Shown one piece after another: positions 19,701 through 43,659 of a DNA stretch of 64,000 nucleotides. Where the stretch lies: assembly GCF_009914755.1 (NCBI RefSeq), contig NC_060935.1; one strand, written 5' to 3'. The notes under the pieces are model-generated. The model made no database searches, was not told the origin of the DNA, and was given only the letters and a program-made list of their open reading frames with translations. The stretch is from the human T2T-CHM13v2.0 reference genome, Homo sapiens. The position numbers and the translations under genes are program-made. Within the stretch, counting starts at the first letter, position 1. Each line of letters begins with the position of its first letter.

Positions 19701-20975
19701 GCCTCCTTTGACCCCGCTTTCATGCCTTTCGTAGTGTCCCATCGACTCCCAAGTGAAACCTCAACGCCTCTTTGGCACTCACAGCTATGGTCTGGCCCTT
19801 CCCCGGGGTTGCAGCCTTGGGAGTGCTCAGCGCCTCTGTGCCACGTGCTCCGCTTCCTCCCACCACCGAGCTCCACCCTCTTCCCTCTGCCCACAGCGCT
19901 CTTCCTCCCCACTTCAGACACCGATACAGCTCACTCAGGGCCACCTCCTCCGACCCCCTCACCTGGTGATCCCTCCAACACCCCTGAATCTCTCCTTCCT
20001 GGAAACGGTCGCCATTGCAATGAGCATCTGTCTCCCCCTCTAGACAGTGGCCCAGTGCTAGCACCAGGCGTGGTGCATAGTAGGGCCTTCTTATGTGTGT
20101 GGGATGAAAAAGCACCAGACAGAGGCTCCTGGCTTCTCCCAGCTCTGACCTTACTTCCTCCCATGAGGTCTATCCCAGCCCCCACCAGACCCAGCCCAAA
20201 GACACCTCCTCCAGAAAGCCTTCTGCACTCTCCCAGAAGTTGTGTTTTTTTTCCTCTGAGCAATTCTTAGGGGACTTCCCATGAACTATGGCCAGATTTG
20301 TCCATCTGCCTCCCCATTCAACTGTGAGACCCTTGAGGCAGCCCCAAGCCCCTGGGCCCAACCCACAACAGTGTCTTCCCACACCAGCCCCTCAGCCACA
20401 CCAGTCCACACCCTCTGGGAGCTTTGATTCTTCCCGTCACCTAACAAGCTGTGACAGCCCACCCCTCTGATGTGGAGGCTGGTGGCCTCCATCAGCCCCA
20501 ATTTACAGATAAGACCTCTGAGGCTTAGAGAAAAAAAGCGGAAAGTTCAACATCCTTCCAAACGTCCACATACTTGGCACTATGTAGACTCTTGTGGGAC
20601 AGAGTCCCAGAAGTGCCCGCCTTAGGGCCTGAACATTTCACATTAAGGTCCCACCCTTCAAAGGAAAGAAAGAGAGACAAAGAGGACTTCATTACTTTAA
20701 TGAGGATCGTATTTTAAAACTTACTCTTTAGCGGCTTAGACTACAGAGAAGTCTGTTATTTCATGAAAATGCTCAGATGACATTTACAGCAACTGCTTTC
20801 TGTTTGTCAAAGTTCTATCAGTCCCTCCCATGGCATGATCTTTTCCTTCAAAACTTTTATATCTGATTCTATGAAGCCAATTTTTATTGGCAAGAATAAT
20901 ATAAGAAAGGATGATATTACCACCCCATCCGTCACCACCCTGTCAACTCCATCACCACCTCAGAAAGGGGACTAA

Positions 20976-21560
20976 GGCCGGGACGGTGGCTCATGCCTGT
21001 AATCCCAGCACTTTGGGAAGCCGAGACGGAAGGATTACTTAAAACCAGCATGGGCAACATAGTAAGACCCTGTCTCTATAAAAAATAAAAAATCAGCTGT
21101 GGGTGGTGAGGTGCTGTTGCAGTGCCAGCTACTCAGAAGGCTAAAGCGGGTGGATCATTTGAGCTCAGGAGTGAGTGAGCTATGATCAAGCCACTGCATC
21201 CCAGCCTGTGTGACAGAGCAAGACCCTGTCTCTAAAATAAAAATTAAAAAAAAAGGCCAGGCACGGTGGCTTATGCCTGTTAATCCCAGCACTTTAGGAG
21301 GCCGAGACAGGTGGATCATTTGAGCTCAAATGTTCAAGACCAACCTGATCAATATGGTAAAACCCCGTCTCTACCAAAAAAATTACGAAAAGTAGCTGGG
21401 CGTGGTGATGCATGTCTGTAGTCCCAGCTACTCAGGAGGCTGAGGCAGGAGGATTGCTTGAGCCCAGGAGGCAGAGGCTGCAGTGAGCTGAGATTGCGCC
21501 ACTGCACTCCAGCCTGGGCAACATAGGGAGATCCTGTCTCAAGAAAAAAAAAAGAAAGAA
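20976..21560 (+). mobile_element. Two tandem Alus (AluJ/S)
   Basis: Alu motifs at ~20976-21253 and ~21255-21560. Confidence 0.88.
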
Positions 21561-21781
21561 AGAAAAGAAGGGAACCAAAACGGAAGGGGCTTCAGGTGGG
21601 GGGAAGAAGGGCCAGAATTAAATTCCATTTCACCCAGCAACAGTTTTTGAGACTCAGGGTGTACAGAGGTTCTATGAACAGCAAGAAGGACTCAGCCTCA
21701 AGATGAGGATGCTTAACGGAAGGCAACCAGCAGGGACCGGTGCTGCAAGCGAGGGGAGAGGTGAGGTAGGGCTGGAGGATG

Positions 21782-21940
21782 GTGGATTCAGCAGGGCAGG
21801 TGTAGACAGTGGGTTTGGACAACGGACTCAGCAGGGCGGGTGTAGACAGTGGGTTTGGACAATGGACTCAGCAGGGCAGGTGTAGACAGTGGGTTTGGAC
21901 AGTGAACTCAGCAGGCAGGTATGGACAGTGGGTTTGGGCA
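21782..21940. repeat. 40-bp minisatellite, about 3.8 copies (TCAGCAGGGCAGGTGTAGACAGTGGGTTTGGACAACGGAC), at the head of a MIR
   Basis: TCAGCAGG starts at 21788, 21828, 21868 and 21908; MIR core (CCTCAGTTTCTCCATCTTTAAAATGGG) follows. Confidence 0.92.
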
Positions 21941-22264
21941 GCCTCCTGGTGTTTAAATCCTAGCTCCTCTCCTTGCTGACTATAGGGCCTTGGGCAGCTT
22001 CCTAAGCCTCAGTTTCTCCATCTTTAAAATGGGGACAGGAGCAGTGCCTACCTCAGAGGATCACTGCGAAGGTTAAATGAGATACTGCATTTAGCACAGG
22101 GCCTGGCAGAATGGAGGTGTTGGTTATCGCTGCTGTTGTCACGGTGGGACGCTGAGTATTTAGTATGTACCACACACTGCTCTGAGCACTGGACACGTCC
22201 TTCCCACTGATGCTCCCAGAACACCTGGAAATGCGGCTGTAGGGTGAAAGGCTCAGAGCCCATC

Positions 22265-23140
<876 letters not shown>

Positions 23141-23849
23141 CACTGTGGATGGCAACCTTGACCTTGGACATGAATCCCCTGCTGAGCCAGAGGTAGCCCC
23201 CTCACCCAGGCCCGGGCCCCTCCCAGTACCCTGGGGAACAGGTTGCTTACACTTGCCCCTTGCCTGACCAGGGCATCTCCATTTCCAGCCCTTGGGGCTG
23301 GGGGATGCATGTTTTCCAGTTATCATATTTTCTGGCATTATGAATCCACCCAGGAAAGACCCACAAGTGATTTTAGAGGAAAGCAAATAGCAGCCAGTAG
23401 TGCTTGTTTTTCAGCTTTTATAAGCCCCACAGCTGCATCAAGTTCAGAGCATAAATGCATTGAACTGTGTTTGCTGGTAAGATGTTGCGTGCATTTACAG
23501 CTGAGCAATAAACGGCAGGGACAGAGCTATGCTCTGCAGCTCAGAACAGCAGGAAGACTCCTAGAGTGAGGACCCTAGGACCTGATACCATTTCTGGCTC
23601 TGCCCCTAACTCTCTATGCGACTTCCCATCAATTACAGCTCCTCTCTAGGCCTGAGATCTCTTCTCCAGAGCAGAGGGTGGAGTAGCTCTTCCCTACTTT
23701 CTCCCAGGCCAGTGACTAGAGGATAGAATTCCCAGGAGTTCAGATTTGGGGCAAGCCAGAGGCAGCTGCCGAGACCATCCAAGCTGTTCCTCTTGCACTG
23801 GCAAATTTTGGAAACATTAACCCATAGTATCTTTCCTCTTATTTTCCTT

Positions 23850-30360
<6,511 letters not shown>

Positions 30361-31694
30361 AATTTTGACCCTAAAAACGGATTATGCATTTGGTACATAT
30401 AATTTAAACTTTATTACATTTGCATACAACTACATAATAGTTGAACTAAAATGCAGTTTACTCGTTGAAATTGTTATCAATATCCATTAATTACAATTTT
30501 GAGATTTTCTTTTTGTGTTTTGCAGCCAGCAGATACATGACCATTTTTGAGGCCATCTAAAGGCTCACAGGCCCTAGGCATTGTGGCTGGTGGACAGAAA
30601 GGCTGGAATGTCCAGAGGTTGCCAGGCTCCTCCTAGGAGGTCCCTGGGTCAATCAATGCAGGCGTCAGCCCCAGGAGCTGCCAAGGCAGAAGAGAATGAA
30701 CCAAACCCCTAAGGAAAAACCTACTCTGCTCAAGAGTTATTTCCTGAGCACTAGAAGAGCTGGATACTCAGGGTGGAGGGAGGAAGCTGACCTCTACGGC
30801 TTGCCCCGGGAGCTGACCCAAGCCCATGGCCCGACTAGTCCTCCCCCAGCAGCCCAGCCGGATGGATAGGCTCGGAACAGGCCGCCAACCTGTTGTCTGG
30901 GCCACGCTGGGACTTGCAGCCAGCCAGCTGCCAGCACACTGCACCCCAGCTTCCTGCTCATTACAATACACCAAGCACTGAACCTGGGGGCAAGCACCTG
31001 GCCTCAGCCAATGCCTTCTGGCAGTATGGGCTGGGGCTGCTGCTGGCCCAACCCCTCCCACCTGCCATTGCCACCAGACCTCTAGCTGGGGACATAGGCA
31101 GGGCTCCCCAAGGAGCACTGAACATGGCTCAACAACCTGGCACCCACATGTGCACCCACCATATCCCATACATGGAGGAGGGGCCAGCAGATCCAGGGCC
31201 TTGTAGTCCAAATACCCAGGAGAGGCTTCCAGGCCCCTTAGTACCCTCCCGCTTCTGGCTCTGGAGAGGCTCTTTCTCCTGCTCCATTCTCAAAGGCCAG
31301 AGCCAGGCCAAAGGTGCTCACGTCATCCCAGCTGGAGCCTGGGCAAGGGGTGAGCTCAGAGCAGGCTCCCCAGCCACTGCCCCAGCTGGAAGGTTCAGCC
31401 ACCCAAGGACCAGGGCTCCCCCACATCTAGGCACAGCCAACACAGGGTTTGGGGTGCAGGATTTGGCAGGAGCTGTTCCGATTCACTGCCATCCTCATGG
31501 TACTAATAGCCACATGGCTTATCTTCCCTCGGAACAGTTTGTCTTTGCACGGTGACCAGGTAGGTAACTGACCACATGTGGCCAGAAACAGCAGGTCCCA
31601 GTCCTCTCCACATGCTAAGTCAGGCTTGAGGGTTCTGGCCTGGAACTCACAGTGTATAGAGTTTAAGGATTTGAGGAGCAGGTGTTAGAGTTTA

Positions 31695-32036
<342 letters not shown>

Positions 32037-32521
32037 CTAACACACTTTTTGCCTCACTATCTCAAGCAGAGGGTCAGAAGAGCAGGGGCTTTGCAGGGTC
32101 CTGAGGCAGGGGAGAGAAACACCCACCGCCACCAAGCAGGATCTCCCAAGGGCCAGATGGCAGAGCCTATCTGGGACACTTGGTGGTGGCAGTCGAGGTA
32201 CCTTCCAGAATCAGAGCAAACCTCCAACCTCGCACCTGAAAGGCCAGTGCCCCCGGTGCCCCCAGACTCCCACTGTACCTGTGTGCTTATCTGTCCCATG
32301 CATGTCGGACCATGGCCAGGTCCCCTCCTGAGCCTGGGCCCCCTTCATGTGGCTTCCTCCTCCTGGCACATCCCCCGCTTCACCCCAACCACCAGCATCA
32401 CCCATCCACCAGAGGCCAGCTCAAATGCCAGCCCTCCACGTGCCCTCTCCCCTCTGCCCAGCTACCTTTCTTGGGGCAGCCCCCTTTCTTTTTTTTTTTT
32501 TTTTTTTTCCTTTTTTTTTGA

Positions 32522-32909
<388 letters not shown>

Positions 32910-33180
32910 TAGCTGTTAAGTTCCTCAAAGACCCAGGAGCCAGCTATCCTGTCCCCAGGACCTTGCACCATGAAGGTGGAAAGTAGAGAGCAGAGTCTGA
33001 GGCTATGGGTGATGTGACTCCTGCCTAAGACCCCTGCAGCCATCACAGCTGCCCCGGCCAGACCAGCCACTGCCCACAGAGGGATCCACTAGTGGCGGCA
33101 CTGGATGGGCTTTAGGTGCCCCCAGTGGTCCAGCTCATCTTCCTTGCCCATTTCAGCTCCATTGGCCACAGCTTTCTTTT

Positions 33181-33194
33181 GTTTGTTTGTTTGT

Positions 33195-33229
<35 letters not shown>

Positions 33230-33232
33230 TTT
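33181..33232. repeat. Compound tetranucleotide STR (GTTT)4(ATTT)9 in an Alu tail, ~3.3 kb upstream of SCGB1A1
   Basis: Counted directly from the sequence. Confidence 0.95.
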
Positions 33233-33236
33233 TTGA

Positions 33237-33844
<608 letters not shown>

Positions 33845-34012
33845 TAGTAGAGACGGGGTTTCACTATGTTGGCCAGGATGGTCTCAATCTGACCTTGTGA
33901 TCCACCCGCCTCAGCCTCCCAAAGTGCTGGGATTACAGGCGTGAGCCACCGCGCCCAGCCTTCTCTTTGTTCTTTTTTGCTCTATTCATGCCTTGTTTTT
34001 CCCCCTTTGCAG

Positions 34013-34086
34013 TCTGCCTTGGAGATCATTTCACCATCAGCTCAGAAGATCTTCTTTCTCTGTTTTCAGCCACACAGCGTTTCATT
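34013..34086 (+). other. SCGB1A1: Candidate non-coding upstream alternative exon of SCGB1A1 within an old antisense L1 fragment
   Basis: Long pyrimidine tract plus CAG (34010-34012), donor ATT|GTAAGG at 34087, no ATG. Consistent with my recollection of an annotated SCGB1A1 transcript that skips the signal-peptide exon. Confidence 0.55.
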
Positions 34087-34655
34087 GTAAGGACACACCA
34101 TAACGTACTTGACAAGTCTTTGTTGGTTGCTAGTTTAGAACGTGTGCTCTTACCGGTGTTAAGGCGTCTCGGAGTGGGACGGTTCCGGGGTCACCACAGC
34201 CTTCAACTGTCACATGGCACAAAGGCCTCATGCATGGATTCATTCCAGGGATTCCTGTTTAGCAAGCGTTGCGTACCTTGGCTTACAGCGGCCTCAGCCC
34301 TAAAGGAGGTCAGTCAAGTAAAGGAGTCATACAAGAAAATAAGAATTGCAAAGTTAAAATATTGTATAATGGGCCCTGTAAGCAGAGGGGGAAGAGAGGC
34401 CCATGGGGAGAGTCACCACCCATCAGAACCACCTGTCGGGGAAGGCTTCACTCCCTATTTTCACCCCCAACCCTATTTTTCCCAAGTCTTCTCTGTGTCA
34501 GGAAATAACACCCCATTCCCCCAGCTGCCCAAGTCAGGGTCAGTTCATCAGGAAAGGGATATCAGACCATGTCACTCCCTGATTAAAACCTTCAAGAGCT
34601 TCCCACTCTGAGTGTAAAGGCCTTAGAACGAGGCCTTGTGTGCTCTGGCCCCTGA

Positions 34656-34952
<297 letters not shown>

Positions 34953-34955
34953 TGA

Positions 34956-35054
<99 letters not shown>

Positions 35055-35109
35055 TGAGGAGTTCTTGAAGTGCCACGCAATGCCTCTCCATGTCTATCTA
35101 CCCCAGTTC

Positions 35110-35900
35110 CCGACTCCTAGCACCACATCTGGCACATCATAGGTGGTCAGCATTTATTGGATGAATGAATGGATCAATATTTGATTGAGTCTTGAAGTAC
35201 GAATAGAATTTGGCGAAGTGGACAAGGCAGGAAATGTGTATTCAGGCATGAGGCTTAGCTTGTGCATAGGTAGAAAGGCATGAAAAAACATGGAACATTC
35301 TCGAATCCACAAATAGTAAGAGAGGGCTAAGTCGTTGTGTGGGGGAGAGGAGAAATGAAGTTCAAATGGTAGGCAAAGGTCAGTGGGCAAGGGCCTTGTA
35401 AATTGCACTTGAATTTTATTCTTTAGGCAAAAGGAAGAGTTTAAGGGTTTCAAGAAGAAGGACACGACCAGTGGGTTTTAGGAAGATCATTCTGATGGCC
35501 TTTCAGAGGATGGCTGAGGAGAGCTAGCAGGGAGGCAGGGAGGTCGAGTCAGGGGATTTTGACCAGGCCAGGTTAGGTGCTATGAGGCCCGGGCTTTGGA
35601 GAAGAACCAGGAAATGGCAACTGGAGGCAAGAAAGGGGAGAAGGCCAAAGCCTGGGAACCATCAACACTTAAGAACAGTAAAGAATAAACATCTAAAGAG
35701 AACAAGAAGGAATGGCCAGAAGAAGGAAAACAGGAAAGAACTGAGGCGTGGGAGCGCAAGAGAGAGAATGGTTCGAGAAGGAAGCAGTCACAGGTGTCAA
35801 GGCCATTGGGAGGTCAAGTGAGATAAGGACTGAAGGTCCCACCAATTGGGCCATCAGGAGCACAGGACTTGAGAGCACTTCTGGGTGGGAACAGACCCAG
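35110..35900. mobile_element. L2 fragments
   Basis: TGGATGAATGAATG end motif and purine-rich L2-type body. Confidence 0.6.
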
Positions 35901-36340
35901 CCTGGGGCAGGGCTCAGGTTTCTGATGGGAATTCTGGAAGGGTCCCTTTTATTCAACATGCTTCAATCCAGGGGCCCCCGAAGTCTGACCACAGCAATGC
36001 TCCAAACCATGTGTCTTTCCTGGCTTAAGGTTCAGTCGCCCTCCTCAGAGGGGAGCCTATGAAAGAGCCCAGTGGAGTGTCAGGGTCCTGAGTCCTAGTC
36101 CTAGTCCTGTCCCTGCCACTTGTGAGGGAACTTGGGCCTCAGTTTCTCCAGGTGGGCTCCACAATTGCTTCTCTTGATCTGGACTGCCCCAGTGCCCAGG
36201 TTCAGTGAGTGACACAGGCAGCTGGGTTTCCACATCCTCTGACTTGGGTTCCCTTCACTGCCTCCAGGCAGGGCTCGGCCCTCCACCCCCAAGTGGCCCA
36301 TTGTGTGAGCTCAGTTTCAGTGGGGACAGAAACTGGGTTG

Positions 36341-36460
36341 AGAAAAGGGAATATTTACCTATCCCACCAAGCCAATGCCAAGTAAATAGTGCAGTATCTT
36401 ATGTAGAGCCCTTGCCCTGCCCTTCCCCATCTGGGTGCTGCTGCCTAGAGCATATAAAAG
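36341..36460 (+). promoter_or_regulatory. SCGB1A1: SCGB1A1 proximal promoter: two FOXA/HNF-3 sites, CCAAT/NF1 half-site, TATA box
   Basis: TATTTAC 36352-36358, CCAAT 36372-36376, GTAAATA 36382-36388, TATAAAA 36453-36459; TSS about 36482. Confidence 0.88.
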
Positions 36461-36544
36461 GCACCTTGCTGGGCATGTCTCATACTAGCCCACCAGACTC
36501 AGAGACGGAACCAGAGACGGGCCAGAGCATCCCCCTCCTCCACC

Positions 36545-36599
36545 ATGAAACTCGCTGTCACCCTCACCCTGGTCACACTGGCTCTCTGCTGCAGCTCCG
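36545..36599 (+). CDS. SCGB1A1: SCGB1A1 (uteroglobin/CC16) exon 1, signal peptide
   Basis: Kozak CCACCATG; encodes MKLAVTLTLVTLALCCSS; donor G|GTGAGT. Confidence 0.98.
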
Positions 36600-37647
36600 G
36601 TGAGTGCTCAGAGACCCTTCCCTCCCTCCTGGACTTAGGAACTCTCAGGACCCCCCAGTTCTGCTCAGAAGAAGGAGTGAGCTGCCCATTCCTGCTCTGG
36701 AGCTGCTGGGAGGACCTGGGCATGCTGAGTCTCAGAAAACTGGGTCTGGTGAGCAAGCTCATCTTGGAAACTTGGAGAGAGCCCCAGGCTGTAAGGAAGC
36801 CTAAAAAGGGTCCCATCTTCTATATCCAACAACCCTCAGAATCCCAGGGAATGGAATAGCCTGGAGGGAGGAGTGGAGAATACCCCATAAAGATGAGTAC
36901 ATCCAGCATAGGAATAATGAGGCCCTCATCCCAGATCTGGACAGACTCCAAGATGCTGAGACCTTGGTGCAGCCTCCAAGTCTGGGGTCTCCACTCCATG
37001 CTGGCAGCTGAAGTCACTGGAAGGGGAGCTGCAGGGACTCGTGACCCCAAAAGAAACCCAACCCAAGACAAGGTCTCTCATTCTGGGCACAGAGGAATAT
37101 TCCAGAAAGAGAGCTTCCCTTTGGGGAACTGCCAACCCAGAGTGAAGTTTTCTAAACATTTCCGTCCTCTGCAAAAGGGATTAGGAGTCTCTGAGTAGTT
37201 GCTGCTGTCACTAAAAGGAAAAGAACTGTGGGGGGAAGAGGGGCAGAAAGAGAGACGGAGAGAGGGGGAGAAAGGAAGGAAAGAAGGATCACAGCTCTCT
37301 CCAAGATCCCCCGTCTTTGGGGAACTGGGTTATCTAACTCTGTTTTTCACTCTGCGTCAGCCTCTTCCATTCTCATCTGAAAATGCTGTTGTTATTTTTT
37401 AATAAACAAACTCCAATTAATTCACTTGGAAAGCTTCACAACACCCATGGAGATAAGTTTTATGACCCTGGGGAGTTAGAAAACCCAAACCAAGAAGCAG
37501 TAGGAACAACTATTTTGCAGAGAGGTTTATTTGTTTTTCAGAGAAAATGACATCATTTTGGACTGAAATGTGTATTAATTAGAAGATCTCAGTGCTGTCT
37601 GCGTACAGAGGTGGGTGGCTGAGCAAGATAGGACTGCAACATGTTAA

Positions 37648-39258
<1,611 letters not shown>

Positions 39259-39669
39259 TTACAATCGCTTTTTCCTGCCAGAGCCTGAATTTGTCACATG
39301 CCCCCAGTGAAGCATGGCTCAGGGCATCTCTAACCACTGATGAGAGGCAAGTTTCTGGTGGGAAATAAAACCCTCAGTGGCCTCTTCCCAGCCTCCACAC
39401 TGCATTAAAAAATCAGGCCAGCAGCTTCTATGATCAATACTCTGCCTTGATCTCCAACAGAAAGAAAAACGGCACCTTGCTCACCTCAACCCAAGAAGTC
39501 TAAGGAAGACTCGGGCAATCCACAAATCTTACACTCTAGTCCATCGATGAAAAGGCTGCTATCTCTCGCTGATGGGCCTGGCTGTTTGCATCTGGGCAGA
39601 CCCAGCCAGAGGGCTAGCCAGCTTGGAAAGGGGCCTGGAGACATGTGCCTTCTCTCCTCTGTGTTGCAG

Positions 39670-39857
39670 CTTCTGCAGAGATCTGCCCGAGCTTTCAGCG
39701 TGTCATCGAAACCCTCCTCATGGACACACCCTCCAGTTATGAGGCTGCCATGGAACTTTTCAGCCCTGATCAAGACATGAGGGAGGCAGGGGCTCAGCTG
39801 AAGAAGCTGGTGGACACCCTCCCCCAAAAGCCCAGAGAAAGCATCATTAAGCTCATG
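39670..39857 (+). CDS. SCGB1A1: SCGB1A1 exon 2
   Basis: TTGCAG|CT...ATG|GTAACC, 188 nt; encodes [63 protein letters not shown]. Confidence 0.98.
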
Positions 39858-40084
39858 GTAACCAGCACCTTTCACGTCACACTGGTTAGAAGTGGCTTCC
39901 CCAAGTGGGGCTGCAGGATTGCCCCAGTTTTCAGACCTGTTTCTAATCCAGAGAGGAGAGTCACAGTGCCACTGTCCCCAGGCAGGCAGCACAGTGATCT
40001 TTCTAGACATCTCCTCTTCCTTTTTTTTTTTTTTTTTTTTTTGAGACAGAGTCTCGCTCTGTCGCCCAGACTAGGGTGCAATAG

Positions 40085-40339
<255 letters not shown>

Positions 40340-40508
40340 TAAGAGGCTTTTGAGAAACAATCCAAGCCCTTACTACCTTAGTTCCTCCTAGAGTTGACTG
40401 CACCTCTCGGTTAATGTTGAAGTTTCTGTGGCTCGTCATCTCTGCCTAACTATGCAATTCATTCACTGTTGTATTGGGTTTTTCTGTTTCTTTGTCTATT
40501 TGTTTTAG

Positions 40509-40541
40509 GAAAAAATAGCCCAAAGCTCACTGTGTAATTAG
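40509..40541 (+). CDS. SCGB1A1: SCGB1A1 exon 3 coding part
   Basis: TTTTAG|GAA; encodes EKIAQSSLCN-stop. Total CDS 55+188+33=276 nt, giving 91 aa. Confidence 0.98.
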   Translation, partial: EKIAQSSLCN

Positions 40542-40625
40542 CATTTAGAAGCTGAAGATCCCCAACTGCTCCAGCCTCTGCCGCTGCCATGCTTTGAGTC
40601 CACGCCCACCAGCCTTGCTCTCTTC

Positions 40626-40631
40626 AATAAA
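40626..40631 (+). terminator. SCGB1A1: SCGB1A1 polyadenylation signal
   Basis: AATAAA 85 nt after the stop, with a T/GT-rich downstream element. Confidence 0.9.
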
Positions 40632-41342
40632 CCACAAGCATCTCACTTTTGTGCCCCCTGCGTGGTTTTGGTCTCCTTGTTATGGTGGGGGGTCTGCCCC
40701 TGTCAGGGTAAGGTGAGCCAGGACAAAAGGAAAGCAGCCGAGCTCTGCCCTTGGATCCCAGCAGAAATCTCTGTGCTCTTCCAAAGCTCTTTTCCTCTAG
40801 GTTTCTGCCTCCAACAGAGCTCAAGCCCCCTCCCCTTATATCAGACCATCTACTCAACATCACAGACTCTACTCAACATCACAGACTCCACTTGTCCAAC
40901 AGAACCAGTGATCCTGCCCCAGTCTGTTCCTATCTCAGTGAGTTCTGGCTCCATCCTCCCCGCTGGGCTGCACCAGCCTGAGGAGCATCCGCGATCCTTC
41001 CTTCTCTAGCCAACCCAGGCTACCTCTAAAGGGCCTCTGGAATCCTTCACTCCAAGTCCACAGGCAACACCCCCATCCCTGCCTGTACAGCCCCCGGGGC
41101 CTCCTCTCTGGCTCCCAGCCAGACTCCAGGGCCCCCACAATCCCTTCTCCAACAACCCAAAGGAATTCTTCTCAAGTGCAAAGTCCCTCCCCATCCTTCA
41201 AAGCTTTCTAGGGCTCTTATTGTAAAATCCTAAATCCTGACGATAGATAGTGGCCCCTCACCAGTCTTTCCTGTGCTCCTCCTTCCCACGGCTCCTTCAT
41301 TCTGCTCAGTCCCCACACACACCCCCACCTTCCCTGCCCTCA

Positions 41343-41561
<219 letters not shown>

Positions 41562-42015
41562 TTAGCCAGGTATGGTGGTGCGTGCCTGTAATCCCAGCTA
41601 CTCGGGTGGCTGAGGCAGGAGAATCACTTAACCTGGGAGGCAGAGGTTGCAGTGAGCTGAGATCGTGACACTGCACTCCAGCCTGGACAACAAGAGTGAA
41701 ACTCCATCTCAAAAAAAAAAAAAATTGTGGCTGATTGGTTTTTAAAATTGCTCTAGAGCAAAATGTGCAAAGAATAGAACTCATCCTAAAGATGCATCCA
41801 TGTGGATATAAAGACCCCCAAATCCCCGGCCAGTTTCATGGCAGCCAGCCCCCTGCTGGGCCACATTATCCACAGCACCTAAATAGAAGCGGAGGATTGG
41901 CTGGGCTTGGTGGCTCATGCCTGTAATTCCAGCACTTCGGGAGGCTGAGGTAGGAAGATGGCTTGGGCCCAGGAGTTCAAGACCAGCCTGGCAACATAGT
42001 GAGACTCCATCTCTA

Positions 42016-42270
<255 letters not shown>

Positions 42271-42339
42271 TTAGAGACGGAGCTCTCCAGTTCGAGCCCC
42301 TCCATGGAGCAACGTGGTCCGGTGGGCCTTGTGCCCCGC

Positions 42340-42357
42340 GGCCACTAGGGGGCAGCA
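42340..42357 (+). promoter_or_regulatory. Strong CTCF motif in a CpG-rich patch downstream of SCGB1A1
   Basis: GGCCACTAGGGGGCAGCA is essentially the CTCF consensus; retained CpGs across 42230-42420. Confidence 0.78.
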
Positions 42358-42577
42358 TCGTCCACAGGGTCCTGGAGCGGACGCGCTGTCGGGGCTGAGG
42401 CACCCAGAGCTCCGGCTCTGAGGATCTGGTGTCATCCGTATAATTTTTTAAATCTCGGCCGTGCGCGGTGGCTGACTCCTGTAATCCCAGCACTTTGGGA
42501 GGCCGAGGCGGGTGGATCACCTGAGGTCGGGAGTTCGAGACCAGCCTGTCCAACATGGTGAAACCCCATCTCTACTA

Positions 42578-42802
<225 letters not shown>

Positions 42803-43101
42803 TCATATTTTGAAAGTTTTAAAATCCGAATTCTGAGGGAAAACAGGGGCAGCCACACAAACCATGTTGCCACCCGGTTGAACCCTGCCAGGGAGTGATG
42901 TGTCAGCCTTTTTGGGATTAGCAATAATTCCATTCCCAGACGATTTCAAGGGCAAGGTTCATGGAATCTAGAACTTGAGATGGCCCCAAAGGTGGAGAAG
43001 ACCATGCGGAGCTGGCGGGGCTGGCCTTTGACCTCCACCTGCCCGGTTTCTAAAGTCCCCAGGCAGAAACCACAACCCAATAACCCTTATTGATTGCTTA
43101 G

Positions 43102-43305
<204 letters not shown>

Positions 43306-43437
43306 TAAGTAGAGACAGGGTTTCTCCATGTTGGCCAGGCTGGTCTCGAACTCCTGACCTCAGGTGATCCACCCGCCTTGGCCCCTCAAGGGCTGGGATT
43401 ACAGGCGTGAACCACCGCGCCCGCCCTCAGCCAGTAG

Positions 43438-43659
<222 letters not shown>

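Noticed and set aside
19605-20270. 221-aa Pro/Ser-rich ORF
   Set aside because: Results from C-rich compositional bias; GTG start; no homology recognisable.
30893-31555. 220-aa plus-strand ORF
   Set aside because: Non-ATG start, no recognisable domain or gene structure; more likely the antisense shadow of GC-rich or formerly coding DNA.
39486-40010. 174-aa minus-strand ORF
   Set aside because: Mostly the antisense of SCGB1A1 exon 2; only its distal part is retained as a tentative relic exon.
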